NCBI GenBank assembly: GCA_963775345.1 | Contig: CAVZIS010000002.1 | Location: 44,179 to 108,178, forward strand | DNA: 64,000 nt | Reading direction: 5' to 3' | Source: Vicinamibacterales bacterium | GTDB taxonomy: Bacteria > Acidobacteriota > Vicinamibacteria > Vicinamibacterales > JAMQPK01 | Shown: positions 54,518 through 63,833 of the stretch, in pieces | How positions within the stretch are numbered: position 1 is the first letter of the stretch | Layout of the letters: each line of letters starts with the position of its first letter | Made by a program: the position numbers and the translations under genes | Notes under the pieces: generated by a model | Seen by the model: only the letters and a program-made list of their open reading frames with translations | What the model was told of the DNA's origin: nothing | Database searches by the model: none

Positions 54518-55597
54518 CTACCATCCAGGATAACGGTTCGACCACGCGTCAGACTCGTCGAACCCCGTGTAGAGGTCGTTCGCGACAGATTCAATCTGCG
54601 CGCGGAGCTCGAGCCCGTCCAGCCATTTCGCTGGGATCGCATCGATCCCGAGCATCAGCCCGAGGAGATTCCCGGTGATCGCGCCCGTGCTGTCGCTGTC
54701 GCCGCTGTGATTCACTGCCAACAACACGCCTCGTGCGAAATCGTCCTGAGCGCTCAGGGCGCAATAGAGCGCGATGGCCAGGGCCTCTTCGCCAACCCAG
54801 CCGCCACCCATGCGCTCAACAGCCTCAGGTGAGGGAATGACGTCCGCTTCACGCCACAGGGCGACCGCCTGGCGAATCGCGTCCGAGCACTCCTCGTGAC
54901 GCGTATTTCCTCGCGTCTTCCAATATCCGAAGTGCTCCTTCGATCGCGTCCGGCAGAGTCCTTCCCTCGGTGAGATTCTGGATGACGGCGGCGAAGCAGC
55001 CGGCCGAGTAGTAACCTGACGGATGGCCGTGCGTGATGGCCGCCACCTCGCAGCCGAAGTCGAAGGCGGCCTTCTCGTCCCTGGCCATGAGCCCGATGGG
55101 CGCGACGCGCATGACGCCGCCACAGCCCTTGCTGTCGTTCAGAGGTTGCTCGAGTGTGCCCATCTTCGCGCCACGCAGTGCTGAGAGGCAGGTGTTCCCG
55201 GGAGCGCGCCGCGCGTGCAAGCCCTCGACGCCGATCAGCCAGCCGTCCATCTTGTCTTTCGAGAACTGCGATCGGCTCTGCTCTCCCTGCGTGTGCAGCC
55301 ACCGAATGTAGGCATGATGCATGACGCTGCCCGGGTGACAGATTCCTTTGTCGTGCCACCTGACATCGGCACGCAACACGCCTTCAGCCGTGAAGAGCGT
55401 CATCTGCGTGTCGTCGGTGATCGCTCCGCGCCTGCCGTAGGCAAGGTCGTAGTCGGCGATTCCTGCCGGACCGTACTTCGCGGATTTCGTGGATGCTGAG
55501 AACTCCACCGGTGCGCCGAGCGCGTCGCGACGGCACCGCCCAACAGGCAGCCGCTGAAATGTTCGCGGGTCCGCCAGCTTTCTGATTTACGTTGCAT
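54518..55597 (-). CDS. ADP-ribosylglycohydrolase (ARH/DraG family; frame switches near 55533 and 54900)
   Basis: GCLLGGAV(GD)ALGAPVEF fits with one missing G. Other motifs are [45 protein letters not shown] and [18 protein letters not shown]. Confidence 0.85.
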
Positions 55598-55626
55598 CTC
55601 GCGAGGTACCGCCGAAAGAGGCCTGC

Positions 55627-56100
55627 TCAGGATCCCTTTGGCGCGGCGTCATCGTGACCTCCCTTTGCCAGATCCGTCGGCCACGCATTCAGGCCTTCCT
55701 GCCGCGCCGCCTGCCAAAGCTGGGTATCGAATGTTGCGACGACGACGTCGGTCCCGACTGATTCCTGCCAGGCGAGTGCGGACGCGAGCTGAATGGCGTC
55801 ATAGCCGCGGAGCGCGTGATTCCACGCCAGCGTTTCGGCTCGCGCGACGAGAGCTTCTGTGACCGGGAGCCGTGCAATGTCCGGCCAGTCCCCTGCGAAC
55901 GTACGTTGAGCTTTTCGCGCCTCGGCGTCAGACAAGGCGCCGCTGCGCGCTGCCTTTGCAAATGCCGCTGCCACCTCGGTGCGGCTCACGAGAGATGTCG
56001 CGACAACCTCGGCCCTTGTGGACAGTTCGATCGTTTCGGACGATCGGTACTCGGTGACGTACCGCTTGACCAGGGCGCTGGCGTCGAAGTAGGCAATCAT
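55627..56100 (-). CDS. vapC: PIN-domain toxin VapC
   Basis: Intact ORF from MIAYFDASALVKRYV, with GYDAIQLASAL and VVATFDTQL. The ATG overlaps the antitoxin stop. Confidence 0.8.
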   Translation of the reverse strand: MIAYFDASALVKRYVTEYRSSETIELSTRAEVVATSLVSRTEVAAAFAKAARSGALSDAEARKAQRTFAGDWPDIARLPVTEALVARAETLAWNHALRGYDAIQLASALAWQESVGTDVVVATFDTQLWQAARQEGLNAWPTDLAKGGHDDAAPKGS

Positions 56101-56387
56101 TCTCGATTCTCGCTCACGAGGTCCGCCACAGTCCGGTTGCCGCGCAACCGGGCGACCGGTTTGAGTCGACGCAGACGCCGACCGCTCCATGTCAGGCTTC
56201 CCGCTCTCCGCAGGGCGTCGAGCCGTTCGTGGAGAGAAGCAGTCTCGGGAATCATTCGTGCCACCGGGTCGCCGTGTTCGGTCACCACCAGCGTGCGACC
56301 CGCCTTTACTTCGCGGATGCACTCGCTCAGCGTGGACTTGAGTTCCCGAATGCCGATTCGCCGTTCTCGAGCTGCCATGGTGGTCAC
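56097..56387 (-). CDS. Phd/YefM-type antitoxin of the VapC module
   Basis: Intact ORF with IGIRELKSTLSECIREVKAGRTLVVTEHGDPVARMIP. Confidence 0.75.
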   Translation of the reverse strand: MTTMAARERRIGIRELKSTLSECIREVKAGRTLVVTEHGDPVARMIPETASLHERLDALRRAGSLTWSGRRLRRLKPVARLRGNRTVADLVSENRE

Positions 56388-56526
56388 ATTTTAGCACATG
56401 TGGTCACAGAGGCTGTTGACCGCCTCCCTCCTTGTCAGTGGCCACGAACCGAGGCTGTGCGATCTTGGCCAGTGAGGATGACGTCCCCGCCGGCGCCACC
56501 CGCTCCGACGAGGTTTTGAACCGCTG

Positions 56527-57111
56527 TTAGTTCAGATCAGAGGTCGTGACCAATGCGGCGTAGAGCGCAGCGCGCCGATAGACGGAGGGCCGTGAACGCA
56601 ACACCTTGATCGACGAATAGCCCGCGGCGGTGAATAAGGCGGTCAACCGGGTCTGCGGCACCGGATAGGGCACCCATCGACTGGCCTCGTGAATGTCGTA
56701 CTCGACGACGAGAAAACGGCGCGGCGATGTCATCCGTGCTTCGCATGCGCGGATGAACGTCGCCTGGTCGTTGACGTAGTGCAGCGAGTTGGCCATGAGA
56801 ATGCCATCGAGATTATCGAATGGCCACATCTGGTGCGTAAAATCGCCGCGGTGGGTCGTGATGCTGACGCTCTTGTGTGAAGACGGGATCTTCCGCAGGG
56901 CCCAGCCGTCCCGGTCCATCGCGTGGATGACGCTGCCCGGGGCGAGCAGGTCTGCGAGCGCAAGAGTGAACGTTCCAGTACCGCAACCGAGATCCGCCCA
57001 TGTTGTCGGCCCAAGCGCCCCGACCTCACTGCCCGCGAGCATCTCGATCGCATCGCGCAGCCGCACGGCCGGATCATAGTGCGAGCACGTCTCGCCCCAG
57101 CTTCCGCGCAT
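56527..57111 (-). CDS. class I SAM-dependent methyltransferase, paralog 2
   Basis: Intact ORF, roughly three-quarters identical by eye to paralog 1 (WADLGCGTGTFTLALA, IHAMDRD, ILMANSLHYV). The start is taken at MRGSWGETC, 16 nt after the stop of the ARH remnant. The ORF track extends to 57159. Confidence 0.8.
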   Translation of the reverse strand: MRGSWGETCSHYDPAVRLRDAIEMLAGSEVGALGPTTWADLGCGTGTFTLALADLLAPGSVIHAMDRDGWALRKIPSSHKSVSITTHRGDFTHQMWPFDNLDGILMANSLHYVNDQATFIRACEARMTSPRRFLVVEYDIHEASRWVPYPVPQTRLTALFTAAGYSSIKVLRSRPSVYRRAALYAALVTTSDLN

Positions 57112-57127
57112 CGGCGCGTGAGGAGGT

Positions 57128-57345
57128 TTACCAACCTGGATATCTGTTCGAACAGACATCGGACTCGTCGAACCCAGTGTGGAAGGTCACCAGCCAATGC
57201 TTCGATTTCTCCGCACGAGCTCGAGCCCATTCAACGATCTCGCTGTACCTTGTCACGGATTTCGTGGATGCTAAGAAACTGCACCGGGGCAGCCGCTGAA
57301 ATGCTCTCGCGTGTATCGGCCGCGCGAGTTAGGTTGCGCGTGGTT
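57128..57345 (-). pseudogene. ADP-ribosylglycohydrolase remnant with an internal deletion of about 0.8 kb
   Basis: The C-terminal end TGFDESD..SNRYPGW* and the N-terminal end REHFSGC match the 54518-55597 ARH at protein and DNA level (gactcgtcgaaccc, gagctcgagccc, cggatttcgtggatgct, ggcagccgctgaaatg). Everything in between is missing. Confidence 0.6.
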
Positions 57346-57529
57346 CGACACCGCCGAGAGAAGCCCAGATGCCATCCGGCACGTCGGCGGGAAGCTTCCA
57401 TCTAACCGTAATTGCCCGATCGAAAGCGACGCTGCAGCTGGTTCGTGTGGCAACGCAGTTCAAGGTTACGCTGGGGACAAATCCTGCTTCCAGAACCTGC
57501 AAAACAACAGTGGTTTTTACAAGAAAAAA

Positions 57530-57720
57530 TAACCCCATCGTCCAAATAAACGGCCCTCTTTCAGATATGAATCACCCATCCTCAAATAGAAAAACAAATC
57601 TTCTGATAAAAAGTGCCCGCAAATAAGCATCCTCAAACGCACCTTCAAATAAAGCACCTCATGTAAGACGCCTTCAAATAAAAGCTTCAGAAACAAATTC
57701 CAGTTCCAAATATATTGCTG
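57530..57720. repeat. AT-rich degenerate direct-repeat array (C/T)TCAAATA(A/G)A
   Basis: Copies lie at about 57542, 57581, 57618, 57644, 57672 and 57704, with weaker copies between them. The local GC is visibly far below the window average. Confidence 0.6.
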
Positions 57721-57888
57721 ATGTCCACTATTTTGAAAAGGGGTTTCGGAACAGGCACATTCCAAAGACACCCGTGCAAAAAATCATCGCGCTTGTCAGA
57801 AAGGCGTTGCGCGAGGAGTGCGCGCGGGCCAGACTTTATACTGGGGGAGTTTGCGCCAACGCAGCGGACCCATCAGTGGGAGCCAACG

Positions 57889-58110
57889 ATGGTGAAACTG
57901 GCCGACGCCGGCTTAAGGCAAATCGCGAGGCGGATGCGCCCGCAGCGTACGTGTAAGAAGTGGCTGCACGCATCAAGGGGCGCGGCAGAAGCCGCGATGC
58001 GGTCGCTGATTCGGCGCGGTCAGCACTGTCCCGACGCAGGGGCCTTGAACGTCTATGGCTGTCCACGTTGCTTCGGATGGCATGTCGGTCACACCCAACA
58101 GAAAGGATGA
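57889..58110 (+). CDS. small hypothetical protein with C-terminal CPxC..WH motif
   Basis: MVKLADAG start with GGGAG 6 nt upstream. The C-terminus is YGCPRCFGWHVGHT. Confidence 0.4.
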   Translation: MVKLADAGLRQIARRMRPQRTCKKWLHASRGAAEAAMRSLIRRGQHCPDAGALNVYGCPRCFGWHVGHTQQKG

Positions 58111-58113
58111 ACA

Positions 58114-58410
58114 GTGAAGATTCGCATCACACCCGAAGATCTGAAAAGATATCGCATCGAATCGCAGGAACCAGCGGGCGAACTGAAACTCGTGACAGTC
58201 AGCACCATTCGCATCTGTGAGGGCGAGGGCTGCTACAGCGGAGTCGCTGACATTCACGCGCACGTAACCGCCCTGTGGGCAAACGGAGCCGTGCGGCGAC
58301 AGCCGATTCCTCTCACGCGTGATGAACAGCGAGACTGGCTGCTGGAGAACCGTCCCGATCTGCTCGAGGTCTGGCAGTCTGGCGACGGCTGGATGCGCGG
58401 TGAATCGTAG
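58114..58410 (+). CDS. hypothetical protein
   Basis: 98-aa ORF with a GTG start 7 nt after AAAGGA, 3 nt after the preceding stop. Confidence 0.45.
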   Translation: MKIRITPEDLKRYRIESQEPAGELKLVTVSTIRICEGEGCYSGVADIHAHVTALWANGAVRRQPIPLTRDEQRDWLLENRPDLLEVWQSGDGWMRGES

Positions 58411-58465
58411 GCGGAACCGACCCGGCATTTTTCTGCTATCGAAGTACTTGCCGCTTCAGGAGACC

Positions 58466-59037
58466 ATGACAGTCCGCAGTCTGTCTACCTTGCTGAACTG
58501 CCGCAAGCGCTTGCCAATGCGCTGGCCGGTCCGATCGGGACAAGCGTACTGGGACGCCGACGCGACCATCGGCGTTCGTCAAACTGCGGCAGAGCCCGCC
58601 GACCGCGAGGCGTCGATTGGTGATAGCAGCCTTACGGGGCCGATGCTCAGAGAGCAGCTTGTCAGAGCCAGGCGTGGCAGGGTGTGTTCAGGGCCAACGT
58701 TCTACTACACGAATGCTGACGCGTAACGCGCGTGAGCGAGCCGCGACACTTGAAAGCCAGTCACATCAAGCCGTGGCGTGAAGCGACCAATGCCGAGCGG
58801 CTCGACGGGTCCAATGGCCTCCTGTTGTCCCCGCACATCGATCACCTGTTCGACGAGGGCTACATCACCTTCTCGCCCAATCAACAATTGGTCATCGTTC
58901 CTGAGGTCCGAGACAAGCTTCTCGATGTGTGGGGAATCGACGTAGGGGTGCAAGTTGGCGAGTTCTCGCGGGAGCAGAACGCCTACCTGGACTACCACCG
59001 CGCGAATGTCTTCAAGCGGCAATTGCTCGAAGGCTAG
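58466..59037 (+). pseudogene. HNH endonuclease (HNH_2 type) with one frame switch (about 58678) and an in-frame TGA (58717-58719)
   Basis: GQGVFRANVLLHEC*RVTRVSEPRHLKASHIKPW ... NGLLLSPHIDHLFDEGYITF. The stop is in the same frame as the HNH core, so it is a substitution rather than an indel. Confidence 0.65.
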
Positions 59038-59208
59038 CCTCACGCCGCCATTGGTTTAAAAATGTTGGCCAGCAGTCGGAGTTCAACGAGGACTGGGTCG
59101 AGCCGGCCCTAAACGCTGCGAATCCTGTACCGCTCAACGAACGATCACGCCTCAATTCGATGAACAGCTCTACATTCATGCTGCCGATGCTTCCGGTCGA
59201 TTGACTCG

Positions 59209-59578
59209 TCACCGTCTGCTCTCGCCGTCGCGACTGACCTCGAGCAATGCACGCAGTCCGTTGTAGAAGGATTCCTTCCGGTAGGCTAACTCCCACGCCT
59301 TCAACAGAGCCCTCAGCTCATGTTCGGCGGCATTGATTGTGGCGTGTGCTTTCGGCCGGTTCTTCCTCAACTTCCGCAGTCGCTTCATTGAAGCAACGAG
59401 ATCGGGCTTCGAGGCTCTTGCGCGAGCCTCGGGCACGTGCAATCCAGTTCGGCGGAATGTTCCCTTGCAGCTTGAAGAGTGCTCGTGCCGGTGACCCTTT
59501 GGCAGATTCGAACAATTTAGCCTCGCGAGGCATCAAGACCTCCCATTCTTCATTTGAAATTGCCTGCGCGGGAGTCAT
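59209..59578 (-). CDS. hypothetical protein (frame switch near 59430)
   Basis: Two overlapping ORFs (59318-59578 and 59209-59442) join plausibly into one 120-aa helical protein. No family recognised. Confidence 0.3.
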
Positions 59579-60030
59579 TTTAGCGCGCGACCAGCTCCTG
59601 GCGGTTTGGCGAAGATCAGGCGTATGACCAGAGCTGTCCTTGGCGCAGATTATCGTGGCCTCAGACGCCGGTAAGCCGACTGGGAGGCCACGTGTCGACC
59701 GTCGAATTTATTCTGGGCTCGAGCCAGTCGCGGCGGATGTGGATTTGGTGTTGTGAGCGGAAACCTCGCATAGCGCTACAAAGGGATGGTCAGGGCGACC
59801 GTCACCGCGCTCTGCTTTCAGTGTTTCATGTCGACAGGGTACCGGCTGAAGTTGCGTGTGCTCGGATTATGAGCGTACGCGTGCAAACCGACTGGCTCCG
59901 AACGACCTGTTTCCTTTCGTTTGGCCTGGAACATGTTGACAACAAGGGCGTTGCGCGCGACGATCCCTGCGGCTCGTGGAGTGCACTGCGCCCGCTTCTA
60001 ATCGTCAATTAAGCGCAGATCTTCACGGAG

Positions 60031-60558
60031 TTGCATGTTGCGTGCGTGAGCTTTGCGTCAGAAGACGGGTATCACGGGCAACGAGCCGTGTCGCTCCTCG
60101 AGGGATGCGAAATCGATGATCTCGACGAGGGCCAGGACGAGAGTCGTCGATACAAGTCACTGTCTCACGGAGCACCTCCACTGGTGGTTACGGAAGCGAC
60201 TCCGGAGGCGGCGATGGCGCGCGCAGTCAACGTTGCTAAGGCGTGGGCGCAGCAGACCAGCAGTCCGACGACAACCTGCGTTGTAGCTCCCACGCTTGCG
60301 CTTCGAGATAACGTAGAGGATGCATTTCGCAGGGATGGCCTGAGCACGCATGTAATCGACGCCAACACGACGCTGCAGCACGTTTCTGTCGTCAGGTTTG
60401 CAACGATGCACCGTGCGAAGGGCTTGGAGTTCGATCAGGTGTTGGTGGTTGCCTCTGAGCACTTTCTCGGCCCCGTGGACAGGACCGCCGACGAGCGTCG
60501 ACTGTTGTAAGTTGCACTGACTCGGGCCAAGCGCGAGGCCGCTCTGGTGATGTTCTAA
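60031..60558 (+). pseudogene. C-terminal fragment of an SF1 (UvrD-like) helicase with an in-frame TAA
   Basis: FATMHRAKGLEFDQVLVV, then ERRLL*VALTRAKREAALVMF*. The TAA at 60508-60510 replaces the Tyr of the LLYVALTRA motif. No N-terminal ATPase domain is present upstream. Confidence 0.6.
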
Positions 60559-61218
60559 CAGACCCGCTCGTCGGAGGCCGTAGCCGACGCTATCGACGAA
60601 CTCAAGCGCTGGAGGAGATCTATGCCGTACCTGGTTCGAGTAGGCCTGAAAGTGTTGAACAAGCACGGGTCACGTCTCGCGGCTACTTCGTCGCCGTCTC
60701 GGGTACGGCCGTGATTCGCCGTTGGGGAAAGATTGAGGCCCACGGTTCACAAGTGACGAGATTCTATTGGGGAAACGCGAATCATCCACAGGAGAAGATC
60801 ACGCGGTGCCGGACAACCAAGGCCGCTCGTGCGCTAAGAGCCCGGATCGTCCGTCGGCTCTTGTCGGCCAGCGAGGTCAATGGGGTGTTACCAGAAGCTG
60901 CCTGCGGGTCGCCGAATCCGAGCCTACGCGACTCGACCAACCGGCTAGAACGAAACTGGATCGGTCGGGTCCGAGTGTTTGTGCGTCCTGCCGTCAATCG
61001 AGAGCAAGGTCCCTTTGATGGACTCGTCGTTTTCAGCATCGTGGTTGGTCAGGGCCATTTCGATTTCTCAGGTCAAGACCGGGATCGCACCATAAGCCAA
61101 AGTTGGTACGAGCTGAGTTGTGCGTCGCACTCGGGTTGCCGGGGAACGGGCTTCGGATTGCCGGATCTCCGGTAAGGCGCACACACGCGGCCGATCTCCT
61201 TCTGTCAACGACCGCACG

Positions 61219-62062
61219 ATGGAGCGTGTGACGCAAATGAGCGACCTGATTACCTCTGTTCCTCGGTACCTCGAGGCGGTGCTAGAGGTACATACACGAT
61301 GGTGCGACCAGAGAGGTTACGACGTTGACACCGTATGGTACCGGGGAGCTTCCGATACCGGTCTGTCGCTCTTACCGGGGGCCTACCGACGCTCACCTTA
61401 CGATGAGCTTAGTCTCTTCTTGTCGTTCCAAGCCGCTGTTCCATCTGTAGGTTACGCGCACGCCACTCGATGATTGGGACTGGTACTATTTGATGCAGCA
61501 CCACCGCATGCCGACCAGGTTGCTTGACTGGACCGAGGCTCCTCTCGTGGCCCTGTATTTCGCGCTCATTGGTCGCGATGGAGATCAACACCCACGGACG
61601 GCAGCAGAAATTCCGGGCGTGTGGATGTTAAACCCGTCGGCCCTCAACGCATTAAGTCACAGAACCAACGCGGAGTTCGTTATCGTTCCAGCCTCAGCAA
61701 AAGTTGATCCTTGGCTTCCATACCACTGCGGACGTGGAAAAAAGCCATCTCCAGTCGATGAGGACTTAGGGTTTATTGACAATACAAAGCCGATAGCGTT
61801 ATTTCCAAAGCGTACCAATCCCCGCCTCGTTGCCCAGCGTGGAGTATTCACGGTACATGGCATCGACGAGACGCCTATCGAGGTCTTCCTGCGGGCTTCG
61901 TCGCCGGCTAACCGACCTGCGCTCCACTTGATCAAAATCGAGCCCGCGCATGCGGCTGCGATCTGTCGACAACTGAGGTCTCTCGGACTCGATCAAGCCG
62001 CCCTCTTTCCGGAACCTGACAGCGTAGCCCAGGACCTGTTGAGGGCTTATCGGGTAGTCTAA
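61219..62062 (+). CDS. FRG-domain protein (frame switch near 61460)
   Basis: WYRGASDTGLSLLPGAYR (the FRG-type motif) is in ORF 61120-61473. DDWDWYYLMQHHRMPTRLLDWTEAPLVALYFA and RLVAQRGVFTVHG are in ORF 61490-62062. Confidence 0.7.
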
Positions 62063-62218
62063 TAGAGGTATCTAAGAAGAGATGCGCTGGCGCGACTGGA
62101 TTGATCTGCCTGCAGGCGGCGTGTACGAGCCCGAACCCTCCTCGACCCAACAAACCGCCCAAGATACGTGACTGGCTCTCTGCAGCGTCCGATTAATTGC
62201 CTGCCGCTTAATTGCCTA

Positions 62219-62967
62219 TCACCGATTGCGTTCGCCGGTCGTAGCAGTCTGTTGCTTAAACTTCTGGAACTCTTTGGGAAGCATATCCCAAAACTTTTCT
62301 GCCTTGATACTGCCCAAGTCGTAGTTCAGCTCAATCTGACGTAAGAAGTCCATCAGGCGTCGGGGTGTGCCCGCGCCCTTTCCACCCGCACCGCTCCTGA
62401 TTCTCTGTCGCGCCTCGTCGAAATACAGTTGTTGGATGACCGTCTGTAACTCGCGGTTCTGCATGAGGGTCTGATACGAGCCGAACTGAACCATGACCTC
62501 GTTCATGGTGGTTGGCTCATCGTAGAGGAGCACCTTGACCCGCTCCGGATTGTCCCGGGCCATGAAATACAGGTAGTAGGGGCCAAGCATGAGGTGCCGG
62601 TAGAGCTCTTTGGAAGCTGATCCCGGCTACGTAGGCACGGGGCTCCTTCACCTTTGAACGGTCGGCGGTAATGTGATCGAAGTACCTCGCAGCAAGCCAC
62701 GTCCAGAATGGTCCATCCACGCGGACAGCTTCGTAGTCCGAGTCTGGCACTATGCCGGTCATGAAAAGGCCGATGTCGAGTTTTGTCGAAAATCGTGGCT
62801 CCTGAACCGGAAGTTCGTACGGCATCTGTTCGGTGGTACTGGCCGTCCGTCAACCAGTCTTGTGGAACCGGAGGCACAGGTTCCTTGCGTTGTCCCGCCT
62901 CCCTTGCGTCCAAGACGTAGCGTTGAAAGGTCTCGATTCCTTCCCTCGTGAATCGCCTCGCCTTCAT
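62219..62967 (-). CDS. hypothetical protein, second gene of a two-gene operon (two frame switches)
   Basis: Pieces in ORFs 62503-62967, 62517-62825 and 62219-62590 join into about 250 aa (FWTWLAARYFDHI, LYRHLMLGPYYLYFMARDNPERVKVLLYDEP, LMDFLRQIELNYDL). The ATG overlaps the upstream stop (ATGA). Confidence 0.5.
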
Positions 62968-63635
62968 TCTGGGCGCTCTCTCAGATAAGTCTGTAGAAGC
63001 GCGGCGTTCTCAGCTAACGCACGCGTGGCCTTGCCAATCCACATACTCGCTTCCTCGAGTGCATTGGGCTCGTCGGGATCCGGCGGCTCCTCTCCCGCGA
63101 GTCGCGACGCGAAACGAATCCACGAACTCCTCCACGACCGAGAGTCGGCCTCGTACTCACTGCGGTCGACCAGCAAGACCCGAGTCAGAACCTCTCGCAT
63201 AGCCGCTGGCAAAACCATTGCTCGGACGGCCGCGTCCTGCATGAAGAAGGCAGCGGAATGCTTCGCGGCTTCGGAGTCGACCTTCAGAACAGGCGCATCG
63301 GTGTGTCCTTCCTGATCGTGGTCCGAGTAGTCAATCTCCCAGATGAGAGGGGCAACCCGGGCAGACGCGTCGACCGGAAGCAACGGTATCGAGTCATCTG
63401 CCTTGTCGCCATCGATGATTGGACGTACGGTCGTCGCGATACCTAGTTTTCGAGCCGTTGTGGAATCCAGCACCAACACGTTGAACGTGACGCGCTCGCC
63501 CCTGAGCCGCGAGATCACGGCGAATGTCCGCGTGCTGACGGCGAGGTCGGTCGCATGCAAGGCGTTCTCACCGCTAGACATTCGCCATGTGTTCGCCTTG
63601 TCGCGAAAACTGACTTCGAAGCTGCAGAACAACAC
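62964..63635 (-). CDS. hypothetical protein, first gene of a two-gene operon (start uncertain)
   Basis: ORF 62964-63689. A GTG at 63635 has GGAG 6 nt upstream. The composition is normal and no family was recognised. Confidence 0.5.
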   Translation of the reverse strand: MLFCSFEVSFRDKANTWRMSSGENALHATDLAVSTRTFAVISRLRGERVTFNVLVLDSTTARKLGIATTVRPIIDGDKADDSIPLLPVDASARVAPLIWEIDYSDHDQEGHTDAPVLKVDSEAAKHSAAFFMQDAAVRAMVLPAAMREVLTRVLLVDRSEYEADSRSWRSSWIRFASRLAGEEPPDPDEPNALEEASMWIGKATRALAENAALLQTYLRERPE

Positions 63636-63833
63636 TGACCACTCCTGACATAGCACGGTTCTACGCTGAAGATTGCGGACGATTCCCACGACTTGGAGGA
63701 GCTATGCGCGCCAAAGCGACGTGGGTTCTCGAGCGTTGCAGGAAAGAGTGAGAGCGCGACATCTGGCCGGAGAGTACCGGCGTTTGAGGTGATATGCAGA
63801 GACTGAATTTCAAAGGAGATAGGATGACAGCAA

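Noticed and set aside
57517-57771. 84-aa minus-strand ORF inside the AT-rich repeat array
   Set aside because: Its translation only mirrors the DNA repeats (YLKV, YLKE, YLRM). It has no start context and its composition is not protein-like.
58717-58719. In-frame TGA in the HNH gene as a possible selenocysteine or readthrough codon
   Set aside because: HNH_2 proteins are not known selenoproteins, I see no SECIS-like hairpin downstream, and a neighbouring helicase relic also carries a premature stop. Decay is the simpler reading.
59579-61218. Two unannotated stretches (59579-60030 and 60559-61218) with ORFs 59692-60012 and 60711-61175
   Set aside because: Their translations show no recognisable motif and have odd composition. 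They are probably degraded remains flanking the helicase fragment, so I do not call them genes.
63704-63751. 15-codon mini-ORF (MRAKATWVLERCRKE) with a GGAGGAG site in the divergent intergenic region
   Set aside because: It is too short to evaluate and has no attenuator-like structure, so it could be chance.
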